This document shows positions 1-13,420 of a stretch of DNA of 64,000 nt, piece by piece. How positions within the stretch are numbered: the first letter of the stretch is position 1; the number at the start of each line of letters is the position of its first letter. The position numbers and the translations under genes were made by a program. Source of the stretch: Lytechinus pictus (taxonomy: Eukaryota); NCBI RefSeq assembly GCF_037042905.1, contig NC_087258.1:20832001-20896000 (forward strand), written 5' to 3'. A model generated the notes under the pieces. That model was not told the origin of the DNA. It was given only the letters and a program-made list of their open reading frames with translations, and did no database searches.

Positions 1-960
1 GATATCTTCCCAAAAATAACGATACAATTCTACGGTAAAACTATCCTGTCCGGGCGATTTACTATTTTTCATGAGCTTTAAAACGGAAAGAACCTCATCA
101 ACATTCAAAGGACCCTCCAATAAGGACGCCATTTTAGGGGACACCTTAGGAATACCAGGAAAATTTAATAATAATTCCAAGTTGCTTACGTTGGTTTCCT
201 TTTCCGCATAAAGATTAGAGTAAAAATTAAATATTTCATTGATTATGTCACTTTGCATTTCTAAATTATCACCAGCATTTTCAGTGGATAACTGACGTAT
301 TTCTTTATTAATGCAATTTGTTTTTCTAAATTTCAAAAGAATTTAGAAGGCTTTTCACCAAACTCCATCCACTTAATCCGAGATCGAATCGCAATTCCTT
401 CATCATGTTTATTAGATTTTAAACAAAATGTTTCCAGTTCTGATTTTGCTTTATCAATTTGATCCAAATATTTTTTATATCCAGATATTTTATCGTCGGT
501 GTCGGTAATCACCAGTTTTCTTTCACGCTCTTCAATTTTTTTTTCTAAGTCTTTTTCTCTGTTTATATTTTGTTTTTTTTACAAAGGAGGCATGTGATAT
601 TGCTTCTCCTCGTATTATCATCATTAAAGTTTCGAAAAATAACTGATCGTTTATATTGAATTCACAATCACCTACTATTCGATCATTTTCATCAAATTTT
701 ACTTCGTCTCTCGCATAAAATATATAGTCGTATCGTTTATTACTTTTTTGATATTAGAAACAAATTCATCACTTTTCAATAGAGAATTGTTGAATTTCCA
801 AAAACCAGGACCTCTTTTTATCTTATTCAAGTTGAGACTTAGACAAACTAAAGAATGATCTGTGCGATAACCTGAAAATATGCGAACTTTCTGAACAAGT
901 GAAAGGAGCTCCGAAGAAATTAAAAAGAAGTCTAATCTACTCTGTTTTAAGTATGTAAAA
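1..960 (-). mobile_element. Degraded Tx1/L1-type non-LTR retrotransposon ORF2 fragment (end of endonuclease to start of RT), inside the intron of TRIM copy 1
   Basis: Minus-strand motifs SRLDFFLIS, TDHSLV, GPGFWKFNNSLL (699-971 ORF), RSRIKWMEFGEKPSKFF (~330-390) and KLMKNSKSPGQDSFTVEL (~25-80), separated by frameshifts and stops. Confidence 0.85.
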
Positions 961-1188
961 TGTTGTTGCATTTAATCCAGTTCTTTATTCTTTATGTTGA
1001 ATTACATTGATGATTATTACCGTTATTGTTTAAATATGACGTACAATTTTGTAATTATCTGTTGTCTCTCTTCAAGCTTATTCAGAAAATCGTATGTCAT
1101 TCTGTTTTAGTATTTCTTATAATACGCCTTTATGGAATATTTCCAGATCTAACTCGCTGTTTTTACATATCACACTTTCATTGTGTAG

Positions 1189-2454
1189 GTGACAGACCTT
1201 GCTCAGCGATGTGCCGACAAGAAAGCAGAGCTGGAGAAGAACATTCAGAACATAGAAATACAACGTAATGAGGTACACACTGCAGTGCAGACACTACTAG
1301 ATGATGCCAGACAAGCCTACAGCATCAAGGCCAAACAGCTGGAAGAAAATCTTCGAAATCTCACCGACCAAATAAATGCCTTAAAGCATAGTTTTGATGA
1401 CGACCTCGACGTCTTGAAGTCAAAAGATCGACAGAGGATCAAGAGTATTTGTAGCTCAATTACTTTGGTAGATAATGACAGACTGGGTCATCTTGAGACA
1501 GACACTCTATCTGCTCATATCTTGCTCTGTGAGGAGCTGGATGCCATGCTGAAGGAGGTTTCCCGTCACACTTCTGCGGAAGCTATTAAGAAGAAAGCAC
1601 AGGAGAAGAGGTTCAAACCAGCGGACGATACTCGTCTTGACCTCGGGAGCATCTCAGGATCAGATCCCAAGATGGAAGTCATTCAGTGTGTTGATCTACG
1701 GGGAGTGATGCTCGGTATGGCACGGCACTCCAATAGCACTGTCGCTATCGGGTATGGGGATTATGCACAAGGTATTGATATCATTGATTCAAATGGTGGG
1801 AAGCAGCAGTATAGAAACACACCCTTAAGTGGCATGAGATGTAGTGATCTGGTGTTGCAACGGGACGGGACATTATGCGTGTCCACTGGTTCTTATACGG
1901 AAGCCTACATCTACTCTCCCCTTGGCTCCAGGAAAGCTACAATCCACGTGAGAGACAATGGATATTATCTCGGAGTTAACAGGAGTCCAACAGATGAAAT
2001 CATCATTACTAACAATGGAAAACACGTCTATATCTATGACCCGACAGGATCCACTCTTAAACACACTGTTCAAACAAAGCACAAGACTCGGCAGGCATCT
2101 ACTACCAGGACGGGTTTGATCGTCACGAGTTCATGTTTGGACGATCCAAGCGTTGTGACGGTCTATGACAGGGATGGGAATGCTGGTGAGTCTCTACAAG
2201 CTCTACGGGGTGTCTACCTGTATGCTGCCGTGGATGAGCAGGACAGGGTGTATGTAGCGAGTGTTGATAAGAAGAATAGTAGCGTCGTGATCAGACTCTA
2301 TGATCTTGATGGTCTGAACCTGAAGGAAAGAGTTGAGTTCAATGCACTTGATATGACTTTGGATTGTTGGTGGTATTACTTGGTTTCCCTCTCCCCAGAC
2401 ATGCTCGCCTTTGCTTGTGACAAAAAGTTATATTTCATCAAGGTATCACTGTAA
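1189..2454 (+). CDS. TRIM-like E3 ligase paralogue 1, terminal exon (coiled coil + NHL-like beta-propeller); RING/B-box exon lies upstream of the window
   Basis: Acceptor ttcattgtgtAG|GTG at 1188/1189; 421-codon open frame ending TAA; highly similar to 14105-15343, which splices in phase 0 to a RING-Bbox exon. Confidence 0.9.
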   Translation: MTDLAQRCADKKAELEKNIQNIEIQRNEVHTAVQTLLDDARQAYSIKAKQLEENLRNLTDQINALKHSFDDDLDVLKSKDRQRIKSICSSITLVDNDRLGHLETDTLSAHILLCEELDAMLKEVSRHTSAEAIKKKAQEKRFKPADDTRLDLGSISGSDPKMEVIQCVDLRGVMLGMARHSNSTVAIGYGDYAQGIDIIDSNGGKQQYRNTPLSGMRCSDLVLQRDGTLCVSTGSYTEAYIYSPLGSRKATIHVRDNGYYLGVNRSPTDEIIITNNGKHVYIYDPTGSTLKHTVQTKHKTRQASTTRTGLIVTSSCLDDPSVVTVYDRDGNAGESLQALRGVYLYAAVDEQDRVYVASVDKKNSSVVIRLYDLDGLNLKERVEFNALDMTLDCWWYYLVSLSPDMLAFACDKKLYFIKVSL

Positions 2455-3116
2455 TCCAGATTGTCTCACACCATATGGCATCACAGTCCAATATTGTGTA
2501 ACATATATTCACCTAACTAACCACCTGTTTTACCTCCATGCTTCAATATTCTATTGTTTATTCTAATTTCATGATATCTTATTCCAATGGTAGGATCCAT
2601 CATGTGACATTCTTAGGAATACACAGACTAGTCACGCATGCTATAGAACTATCAGTTAAATTCCTTTAAAAATGGGTTCTCCTGGCTGAAAATAGTAAAA
2701 TCAGAATATATATTATGATATACTCCATAGTATAAAATGGCAAAACGCTGAAAATTTCATCAAAATCTGATAAAACAACTAATCAATATGTTAGTTTATC
2801 AATGTTCTGTGAAAACAGCTCTATGCATGCAATGACCAGTGATAGGTGGGCTGATGATGTGTGGTCCCAACTTACCCTTTTCTTATTTCATTAAAGGACA
2901 TCACAATGTATGTGTGTAAAATATGTTTCAACAATGATGATATTACCGTCAAAGCAGTAACCAATCTTATAACAGTGTCACCAAAGTATTAAACGCAGTG
3001 CTGATAAAATTGTCAGTTTTCAGTTTTTTGTTTGTCACTCTCAGCCTGAGTACCCCTTCATTACTGTATTGATCTATATTATGTAAATAATTTTGGGTTT
3101 ATATATATAAAACATG

Positions 3117-3280
3117 TTGGTGAGGATTATCATACCGAACTGCGGAGAAAGTGTGATTGGTTGGTTGTTAGTAATCAACCAGTGAACCGACGGCTTAAGG
3201 TCCTCTTCGAGGGACCTGATAATAATATCGTATAAAAGGGCACCAGCGCTCTGACTTGTCATCTAACCCATTGCCCCGGA
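3117..3280 (-). mobile_element. Probable SINE central-domain fragment
   Basis: Reverse complement of GTCCCTCGAAGAGGACCTTAAGCCGTCGG resembles conserved invertebrate SINE core domains; no tRNA head seen. Confidence 0.35.
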
Positions 3281-4284
3281 TAGGCCAACGATTTCATGTA
3301 TGTGTGTTTATAAGCAACCATATCCTCGAACCATAGCCATGTATCTTTTTATGATTCAAATGTGTTTTGTTCATATTCTCGTAGTTATCGTGTACAGTAA
3401 GGTACAGTATATGTCCATCAACATTTCCTTAAAGCGTCGGATATATTTGTTCTCTATATGTTTATTTCATCCTGTAATGACTTCATAATTTAATCAGTTG
3501 ACGAGTCACAATTTCTATGACCATTTCTTCTCAAATTCCAGGTTGTTAGGCGCAACGAACTTTTCTATTGACTTTGATAATTATAATGCATAAATTATGA
3601 CGATGACCCCCTGTTATCTCCTACTGATAATGAAAGAATACAATGTTAACGTGTAAATCACTTTGAAAAAAGCTCCAAAATAACATACTGCTGTAAAAAA
3701 AAAAAACGCTGTTTCAAATTTTAAGCACGTTGTTTAAACCCATCACTCAAATAACTATCGTTTAATTTTTTAAAAAGAAGTTGTTTATAAAGTTTAAACA
3801 ATTGCATACAAATTTAAACAGCTTGTTGTTAGAGTGACAGACTTAAACAATGTGTTTTTTTTACTGCTAAGTGACTGTGTAAAATTTGTACATTTTGATT
3901 ATGTTCACTCTCTGTTGTTTCATGTTGTGGTTGGGTTGTTAGGTGGTTTTACTTGACTCGAACATCAGAGAGTAGTTAGATATTTTTTACAGGTAGGAAG
4001 GGTACTTTATTACTCAGCATGAGTGCGCCCTCTAACTGAATATACATTAAAGGTTATCAGTTGAACAAATCACATAAACGGGATACTGTTACATGTGTCA
4101 CATGGGCTGGTATTCTGATAGCGATGGTCAGGCAAAATGAATTTTAATGATTTAATCGATACATAGTATACATATATATATATTCCATATTCTAATAGTT
4201 ATCGTAGAATGTACATATCCATTACCATATTTTTTTTAAATGTTATTTATCAGTTAATGACTATTCAAGAGATGAGTCATAAAT

Positions 4285-4620
4285 GTTTGGCTCAGCGAAT
4301 TTTTCTATTAGTTTTGGAATTTGATCATAAGCCTATATGAGATATGATAACCTGTATATATGTGCCGTAATTGTTGGCATAGCGAACTTTTCTATTAGTT
4401 TCTGAATTTGATCATAAGCCTATATGAGATATGATAAGCTGTATATATATGATCAATTGTTGGCATAACGAACTTTTCTATTAGTTTCTGAATTTGATCA
4501 TAAGCATATATGAGATATGATAAGCTGTATATATATGAGCAATTGTTGGCATAGCGAACTTTTCTATTAGTTTCTGAATTTGATCATAAGTCTATATGAG
4601 ATATGATAAGCTATAAATCT
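4285..4620. repeat. ~86-bp tandem repeat, ~4 copies
   Basis: ATTGTTGGCATAGCGAACTTTTCTATTAGTTTCTGAATTTGATCATAAG... recurs at ~4370, 4456 and 4542, with a degenerate first copy. Confidence 0.9.
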
Positions 4621-5039
4621 ATGTAGAGTATATTCTGTTGTCTCCTATGAGGAAGATCAAAATATAAAATCACTTTGCTTAACATAAAATTTGTACATTT
4701 TTATTTCATGTTCACACTATGTCACATTATGTGTTTTTTTTCTTCAATATGATCATGATGATATCAAAATATCAGTCTCGCTTTATTATTCACTTTAAAT
4801 TGAAATTGAAACTTTATTTACCAAAATCTTCACTAAAAAACATACAAATCAAGAAATATGGATATTTCAAATAAAATACATTTTAACATAAGTAAGAATA
4901 TTTGAGAATAGTCGATGGATCACAGAAAGTAACATAGAACTTTTAAATTAATGATCATGAAATTAACACAAAACAACACAATAAAAATAAATGCAGACTG
5001 GAAATACAGATCAAACAAACATAACGTGAATATAATAAT

Positions 5040-5335
5040 TGAATCTATATCAGTTTACCATTAGTATTATAATTTCTGCATTAAGTGGATTTTAAAATGT
5101 CTTTTAAGGCTTTGTACAGTTTTGCACTGTTTGATATTTTGAGGGAGCTTATTCTAAATAATGGGACCCCTACATGTATATAAAAATATATTGTTTGAGA
5201 AAGAATAATGACCATATATTGCACGAGTATCGGTTGAATGTCTTAGTATTATGTACATCTATATTGGTTTGCAAAAATATATTGTCAAAATTATTAGGCG
5301 AAAGGTTGTTATAATAGGAATGCATAAAAAACAGA
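5040..5335 (-). mobile_element. 3' end relic of an L2/CR1-group LINE
   Basis: Minus strand reads GVPII*NKLP..IK, resembling the 'GP..WN.LP..IK' C-terminal motif of L2/CR1-group ORF2. Confidence 0.4.
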
Positions 5336-5384
5336 TAATTGAACATTATTGTAGTATAAAGGAAATTGGGAGAATATTAAGGTT

Positions 5385-5652
5385 GGAGCGTTGTGGCCCA
5401 GTGGATTAGTCTTCGGACTTTGAAACAGAGGGTCGTGGGTTCGAATCCCAGCCATGGCGTAATTTCCTTCAGCAAGAAACTGATCCACAGTATGCTGCAC
5501 TCAACCCAGGTGAGGTAAATGGGTACCGGTAGGATGTAATTCCTTAAAAAGCTGTGTGCGCTATGAACGCCTAGCTTAGCCGGGTAATATATGAGCGCCT
5601 TGAGCACCTAACAAGGTGGATATGTGCGCAATATAAATACCCTATATTATTA
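5385..5652 (+). mobile_element. tRNA-derived SINE with L2-type tail
   Basis: A box TGGCCCAGTGG, B box GGTTCGAATCC, core CACTCAACCCAGG..AAATGGGTACC, tail GAGCGCCTTGAGCAC...ATATAAATAC..TATTATT. Confidence 0.85.
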
Positions 5653-5694
5653 AATATTGAGAAAAATGATTTGAATTTGATATATGCTCAATTC

Positions 5695-5696
<2 letters not shown>

Positions 5697-5772
<76 letters not shown>
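5697..5772. repeat. (AAT)n microsatellite
   Basis: About 25 AAT units; source of the poly-N and poly-I ORFs. Confidence 0.97.
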
Positions 5773-5774
<2 letters not shown>

Positions 5775-8700
5775 TATAGGTATATTTACCCAGGGAAGCC
5801 ACGTCAGTTCTGAAAACCGTTCTCCCAGCGGGCCCTGCTATTATTATTACCCCGGTTTTTTTTTTCAATATGATCATGATGATATCAATTCTATGATGCC
5901 CTCCTCTCCCGTAATGTCTGAAGATTTGCTTAATTTGTGTATTTATATGCCAAAAAGTTACATTTTAGAAAAGGTGTCAAAGTTACATTTCTAAGTATAA
6001 ATAAGTTTTTTTTAGAAATATAATGGTTGGCATTCTAAAGTTCTCACGATCAGGTGACACCAGTTATTTGATTTTTTTTTGCTCATGCCTGAGCAAACAC
6101 TGATGATTCATATCCATGGTATAAACATTGGTTTGTGTGAAAGGCATTTGCTAACATTGTATTGACTTCAAAAAAAAAAAATCTGAGCTGCGAGTTCCCA
6201 CTTATCACCTGTGTCTCTGATATGTTACAAAAAATGAAGCCCCCCCCCCAAAAAAAAAAAAATAATAATAATAATAAAAAAAAAATAGCGTTCGAAAATC
6301 ATTATTTTGTGCTTCAAACAAGTGAAATATTAAGTGAACGGAAACACGATCTTTATTTTAACACATACACATGTGTTCTATTATTATCGGCATGATAGAA
6401 ATTACACAAAATCTTCATTTCAAATTAATCAAAAGCATTTCTTTTGATTTTTTGTTGGTTTCAGAGTTTTTAAGTTGATAGAAAGGCATCCATGTACATA
6501 TTTCATCTCTCCTTTGGTTTTTTTTTTAATTCAAGTCTATAACGTTAACTGATGCCTTTTAAATTAAGGAACTTGGCACAATGAGAGCAGCAGTCTAAAT
6601 TGAGAATCCCCAAATGAAATGATACGCTCATTGCATTTCTTAGTAACAATTGTTTTGAATTATGTTTCCATTTATCAATATGATTGTCACATACTTGTTT
6701 AGCTACCAATGTCATTGCTTTGTATTACTTTGGGAAGGGATTCGAGTGTCAATCTGAAAACGGATCGAGAAAAGGAACAAATATTCATTTTACAAGAGGA
6801 AATTATCAAACATGCTTTGATAAAAGATCCCTTTTAAGTGAAATTCATGGCAATCATGCATGGTCGCATGCACCATTAAAAGTTGAATATTCCTCATCTG
6901 CAGAAAACGTATATTTTGGGGGTATGTTTAAATCTTTGCAAAAGTAGGTGACATTTTAATAGAACTTTCATTTTGGTTCCATACTGTATTTCCTGCATGA
7001 AATTAAAGGATCACTCTTGTACGTATCTCTCCTAAATGAGCTTTTCTTCTGTGTAAATATTTTTGGAGGGGAAATGCATGCAGTCGAGTTATTCTTTCCA
7101 TTGGCAATTTAGTCATTTAAATGTTATTATGTATATATGTCACATAAGTATGTGTCATGTACATATATTTCATTTTATAATGATTTTATTTATTAATGGG
7201 TAAAGGGGGCTTAAAGTAAATTATTCACACGCTTTGTTTATCACACGTTCATGGGTCATGCTTATTTTGCTTTTAAATGTATACCCAAATACGTTTTATT
7301 CATTTATTCATGTACATGTATATTGTCACATTATTGCTCTCATTACTGTGATTAGACCTCTATAGGAAGAACGACATCATCATGAACAGCTCTGAATAGA
7401 GTGATCCATCTGTATCTTGTACATGTTAAAACATTCGCATTTGTAATTCTTCATGTACACTCTATATTATCTTGGTGTTATTCTGATAATAAACCTAACC
7501 CAACCAAACCAAACAATAATGTAGAAATACTGATCAATCCGATATTACCACTACAATAGCTACAACTGCATAATTGATATCATAAAGCCAAGTGATTTTA
7601 TCATTAGTTTAGGAGAGGAGACAGTAAGAGAGCTTGCTAACAAAACGATTGATCAGTATTCATGTAAATCGCATACTTACGAAGTTTTAATTTATCATGT
7701 TGAATTGATTCTATTGATATCAAGATTTCATTAAATTCTGAATGTAATCAGATTCAATTTAGTTTGTTCCACCTTTGTTCCATCTTTTCCATACGATCTC
7801 GTAAGTTTACGAAATGAAGAGAGAGAGAGAGAGAGAGTCCGAGAGGCAATCAGAGAGAGGGAGAGAGAGAGGTATATAAAGAGAGGGGGAGAGAGGGAGG
7901 GGGGATGATCATTTTAAGCATTGTCTGATATGTAGGAAAAGTTATTACACGTAACTATACGATTGTCAAAAATAAATCAACCGAAATAGAATTCCAAATA
8001 TTTGGAGGGCATGTCCTATTGTGCCCCCACCCTTATTTATTTATTCATTTATTTATTTATCTATTTATTCATTCATTTAATTATTTATTTCATTTTATCG
8101 TATTTTATTTTCACATTTTATTTTTTAATTATTTGTTTATTTACTATTATATATATATATTTTTTTTTGGGGGGGGGGGTGGGTGGGTGGGGGACTTGTC
8201 CCCTCCCCCTATTTTGACCACCGTGCTAATTGAGGCGCGGCTCTATATGTAAATGGGTGTTTTGAGGCCCCACCCGAACCTTAAAAAAGACAATAATGAA
8301 TAACGACAATATATATGCATACTCACATTGAGTAATGCAGTATCCCTTTTATGTCTTCAAGTTCTCTAAGAATATGCAAATTTTAGAACACAGTCTAAAT
8401 TCAGAATACATTCATGCACTATCACAATGCTGGTAAAGTAAGCAAATGAATTTCCCCACGTTCAGTATAATTCCTTGATCTCCCACCACCGTTTCCGATA
8501 AATTACAATACCTCTGTAAAAAAAATGTTTTTTTTAATAGGAAAAACAAGACAAATATAAAAGGTATTACCTCCTTCCTCTTCAAAACGTTTTTTTCCGG
8601 TTTAACCTATTTTTGCGAACACGAATATACTTAAAAACGGCAACATCAATTAAAGGGATTCTACCTACTGGTATTGAAATAAAATTACTTTTATCGCGTC

Positions 8701-9248
8701 GCTACCTCGCTATAAGCTGGCTTGCCAAAATGAAATTATTGTTATCAACCTAGTAGTAGTATTACCAAATTTAAACTCGGCATTAAAAAAATAAAAAGAG
8801 GGATGTTATTATAAAGTAAACAACCATTAAGCATCCTCAGCTGGCAAAAAGAGCTAGCTCATAGATCACAACCTTTATAGAATAAATAGAATAAATTGAC
8901 CAAAAAAATCATCAATCATGAAGGGCGGCCAGAAGGGATGTCGACCCCTTCGAAGTAGTGGTGATAACAAGGGCCTCACTAGTTCTCTTGACACATAAGG
9001 GAAACGTCCCGCCCAGCTGGGTCTGGAGGGCGGCCTGGAGAGATGTCGACCTCTTCGAACTAGAGATGATAACAAGAAGCCTCTTCAGTCCTCTTGGCAC
9101 ATGGGGGAGACGTCCCTCCGAGCTGGGACTAGTCGGAGATGCATCACACAGTGACAAGATATCCACCAAGAGCTCATTGGAAAGGACCCTTTTAAGAAGT
9201 GTGGATGGGACCCGCAGGAGCAGCAGGATCAGAAATAAGGGTCGGGTC

Positions 9249-9506
9249 CACTAGCGTACCTACGGGGGGGGGGGGGGGCAGGGGGGCACTCTGCCCCCCC
9301 CTGACGAGTCACAACCCATGCAAAAACGTATCTTTGCCCCCCCCTGACGGGCTTGAGAAACCTTTTTGCCCCCCCCCCCCCTGACGAGCTTTAAGACCTT
9401 TAATGCCCTCCTGACGAGCTTGAAGACCTTTTTTTTTTTTTTTTTTTCTTTTTTTTTCGTGGACGGTTTTGCCCCCCCCCTGTGGAGAATCCTAGGTACG
9501 CCACTG
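9249..9506. mobile_element. hAT-type MITE
   Basis: Imperfect TIRs CACTAGCGTACCTA / TAGGTACGCCACTG; 8-bp TSD GTCGGGTC at 9241-9248 and 9507-9514. Confidence 0.85.
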
Positions 9507-9899
9507 GTCGGGTCAGTAGCAGATGAAAGGAAAGATGACCCTTCCACTAAGGGGGAGGGGGCAGACCAGTTATCACATCTACGTAAGTTGACTGCATCGG
9601 AGCCATTGATCACACCGAGTCGGACTGAGTGATGTCTTGGTATCCACGATGCAAACACCAGATGTCTGGGTATACGTCTGGGTCGGTTACAAGTTTGGAT
9701 GTGGGGGTATCTACACCATTACAAATTCGAACGTGCTGTGAAGGGATGGGGAGTACAGCGGTGGACACGAGCAAGGAATGCGGTACAACATCTCCAGAGG
9801 GCTAAGGATTCAGAGTGGAGTTACTGCTGTCCATGAGATGAGGAGTGCTTCCCAAGTATTAATTTTTCGATCTAGAGGCAAAATTATTCCAGAAACTGT

Positions 9900-10255
9900 T
9901 CTTAATGTTGGGGGCCACAGCATGTTCGATTTCTAGGAGTAATTATCGATGAACATTTGACTTAGAAACCCCATAAAGTCAGTGTGTACAAAGATTTCTC
10001 GAGGTGTAGGTGCTATATGTAGATTAAGATGTGTTTTGTCTGAGGCTTTTCTAGGAACTTTACATAAATATCAGCTTTGTGCTTCCCTATCTGACTTACT
10101 TTAATGTTGTATGGGATAATAATACTTTTGAGACTTACATTGACAAACTAAAAGTTTTCCAAAATAAAATTCTTACGCTTATCATCAATTCAATTTTCAG
10201 CCATCCTAGTAAACCCTTATTCCTTCAGTTAAAGTTGCTTCCTCTTCTTTTGATG
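9900..10255 (+). mobile_element. L2/CR1-group LINE RT C-terminal fragment (pseudogenised)
   Basis: RFLGVIIDEHLT*KPH, KISRGVG and LPYLTYFNVVW...KLKVFQNK in shifting frames. Confidence 0.75.
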
Positions 10256-10493
10256 AGTTAGTCAGGTTCAAAGGTAGCTGGGAATACCCGGTACTATTTA
10301 CAGGAAGTTCGAATTGGGTGTGTGTTTTTTTACTCTTGTAGTTGATTTGAATTTGTATTGAACTACACATAGCAATAACATGAAGTGATCATTGTGTTGT
10401 AATGCGAACCTAGCGTTTCAATACGTTAGTACTAACTTGACTTGTATGTTATTTGTCGGAATTTAAATCTCATGTTCGTAAATTGATTTAGCG

Positions 10494-11129
10494 ATGGCTG
10501 AGAAGTGTGAATCAGACAAAGCATCAAGCTCTTCACCGAACCTGATATGTCCATTATGTCTTGATATATTTGTCGAGGCGACAATCCTGACTTCATGTGG
10601 ACACACATTTTGTAGGCGATGCCTCAAGAAATACGATCTAACCCACCAGGACCTTGATCACATGGTCTGTCCTCTCTGCAGGGAGATCACCAAGTTGTCC
10701 GCCAACCGTGTCGATGATCTCCGCCTCAGTGTCTCCATCAACGGATGCGTAGACGATTACCACGTCAAGTGTGGAGGGATGAATGCTGTCCTTGAGATGT
10801 GCCAGAAATGCACCGCTTGCAAGTCTCTGAAAGACGCCGTGTCCTTCTGCTTAGCATGTAATTGTTATATGTGTGATAAGTGTCTGCATTCTCATCAACA
10901 GCTTACCATGTTCTTTGACGGTCATGAGATTGTCTCCATGGATGATGTCATCGAAGGGAAGGTCAGCATTGGTCATTTATTCGAGAAGTGCTCCGTCCAC
11001 AAACAAGAGAACAAGGATATGTTTTGTGAGGATTGTAAGGTCCATGTCTGTCACAAGTGCGTACTTGTTGGTCACAAAGCTCATGAAATCAAGAACCAGA
11101 TAGACTTTGAGCAGGAGTTGCGACGGAAG
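10494..11129 (+). CDS. TRIM-like E3 ligase paralogue 2, exon 1 (RING C3HC4, B-box1, B-box2)
   Basis: CPLC..CGHTFCRRC..CPLC RING; CTAC..CLAC..CDKC..H..H and CSVH..CEDC..CHKC..H..H B-boxes; phase-0 donor AAG|GTAGAT at 11129/11130. Confidence 0.92.
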
Positions 11130-11149
11130 GTAGATTTATTAATAATTAT

Positions 11150-11526
11150 CACAGTAAAAACACTGTTTAAAATTTTATACAATGTTGTTTACTATTGAAC
11201 CTTTAGTTGTTAAGAAGTTTAAACAACCAGACTTAATTTATTTGAAAATCAAATATTAAAAATAAAACTGTGCTTTTAGAGAGATTGAAAACTTGTTTAA
11301 ACTATGGAAAAAAAATTGCCGTTAAACAGTCTTGTATAGAAATTAAACAATATTTTAAACATAAATTTCATACAATGATGTTTTCTTTTTTAACCTTACA
11401 TTGACAATTATAAGCTAAAATCAAACTTTGCTGTCTAAGAGTTTAAAGACTTGTTAAAACTGTTTAAATTACTGCGGTAAGGTTAAACAGCGTTGCATAT
11501 ACATTTTAAACAGCATTTTTACTGCG
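11150..11526. mobile_element. Non-autonomous EnSpm/CMC-type MITE in the TRIM intron
   Basis: Ends CACAGTAAAAA / TTTTTACTGCG with many internal TTTAAAC/GTTTAAA subterminal motifs; related partial copy at ~3687-3870. Confidence 0.65.
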
Positions 11527-11651
11527 TTCGATAGGTAGGTTTAGCATGGTTAGACACTGATATAGATATTTAGGTTGATCATTGATGTCGATAAGAACAA
11601 ACAACAATGATTATTACAGTTTTTGATGATTATTAGTCTTGCTTATAAACA

Positions 11652-12230
11652 TGTTGATTTGAATCAAGAGAGAAAAATCGGACAAGCATAATGCTGAAAA
11701 TTTCATCAAAATCGGATGTAAAATAAGAAAGGTATGACATTTTAAACTTTCGCTTATTTTTCACAAAATAGCAATGTATGCACAATTTAGTCACATGCAA
11801 ATGAGATGTCCCTCACTCACTATTTCTTTTGTTTTTTATTGAATTATACAATATTTCAATATTTACATGTTTAACAATAAGACCAACTTGACTGAACCAT
11901 AAAGTGTTAAGCAGTGGTCATTCCACATGTTCAGGGAGAAATAAAACTTTGTTTTACAGTCAATGAGGAATATTTATAATATCAAAAAACATTTAGTATT
12001 TCATATAATAAAAAAGCAAAGAAATAGTGAGTGCATGACGTCATCAGTCTCCTCATTTTCATACCAACCATGATGTGCATATAACTGTTTTGTGAAATTA
12101 AGCGAAATTTAAAAATGTCATAATTTTCTTATTTTACATAAAACTTTGATAAAATGTTAAGTGTTATGCGTGTTAGATTTTTCTCTTTTTATTAATAATA
12201 ACATTTTGTTGGGGTGGACTTGTCCTTTAA
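11652..12230. mobile_element. 5'-truncated copy of the TTAA (Kolobok-like) MITE
   Basis: Collinear with 13421-14025 and ends GGGGTGGACTTGTCCT-TTAA. Confidence 0.8.
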
Positions 12231-12331
12231 ATATTAAGGGTGATCAATAATGTCGAAAAGAGTAAACAGCACTGATTATTACAGTTTTGGTAGTGATTTG
12301 GTAATGATTATGATAGTGGTGACGATGATGA

Positions 12332-13047
12332 NNNNNNNNNNNNNNNNNNNNNNNNNNNNNNNNNNNNNNNNNNNNNNNNNNNNNNNNNNNNNNNNNNNNN
12401 NNNNNNNNNNNNNNNNNNNNNNNNNNNNNNNNNNNNNNNNNNNNNNNNNNNNNNNNNNNNNNNNNNNNNNNNNNNNNNNNNNNNNNNNNNNNNNNNNNNN
12501 NNNNNNNNNNNNNNNNNNNNNNNNNNNNNNNNNNNNNNNNNNNNNNNNNNNNNNNNNNNNNNNNNNNNNNNNNNNNNNNNNNNNNNNNNNNNNNNNNNNN
12601 NNNNNNNNNNNNNNNNNNNNNNNNNNNNNNNNNNNNNNNNNNNNNNNNNNNNNNNNNNNNNNNNNNNNNNNNNNNNNNNNNNNNNNNNNNNNNNNNNNNN
12701 NNNNNNNNNNNNNNNNNNNNNNNNNNNNNNNNNNNNNNNNNNNNNNNNNNNNNNNNNNNNNNNNNNNNNNCTNNNNNNNNNNNNNNNNNNNNNNNNNNNN
12801 NNNNNNNNNNNNNNNNNNNNNNNNNNNNNNNNNNNNNNNNNNNNNNNNNNNNNNNNNNNNNNNNNNNNNNNNNNNNNNNNNNNNNNNNNNNNNNNNNNNN
12901 NNNNNNNNNNNNNNNNNNNNNNNNNNNNNNNNNNNNNNNNNNNNNNNNNNNNNNNNNNNNNNNNNNNNNNNNNNNNNNNNNNNNNNNNNNNNNNNNNNNN
13001 NNNNNNNNNNNNNNNNNNNNNNNNNNNNNNNNNNNNNNNNNNNNNNN
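12332..13047. other. Assembly gap flanked by GAT/(ACT)n microsatellite (13048-13197)
   Basis: Run of N. Confidence 1.
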
Positions 13048-13064
13048 ACTACTACTACTACTTA

Positions 13065-13100
<36 letters not shown>

Positions 13101-13420
13101 CACGACTACTACCACTACTACTACCACTACTGCTACCACTACTCCCACTACTACTACCACGACTACCACTCCTACTACTACTACTACTACTACTACTGGA
13201 TGCTGATGAATGCACAATAATAATGATGCTTTTAATTTGTAATACCATCATCAATATTATAAATATTGTTGCATCTAATTAATTTGTTCTTTATTCTTAA
13301 TGTTGAATTACAGTGACGATTATAATCATTGTTGTCACAATCTGAAATGAAATTTTGTATTTATAAATGTTTGTGGTCTCTTTCAAGCTTATTCAGAATA
13401 TCGTATGTCATTCTTTTTAA

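Noticed and set aside
5385-5460. tRNA gene
   Set aside because: It has A/B boxes but continues into a SINE core and LINE-type tail; the same applies at 25448.
11130-11198. C-terminal extension of the 234-aa RING ORF
   Set aside because: It is read-through into the intron past the AAG|GT donor and into a MITE.
12244-13254. Long ORFs spanning N runs (also at 52179 and ~54000)
   Set aside because: They are artefacts of assembly gaps and microsatellites.
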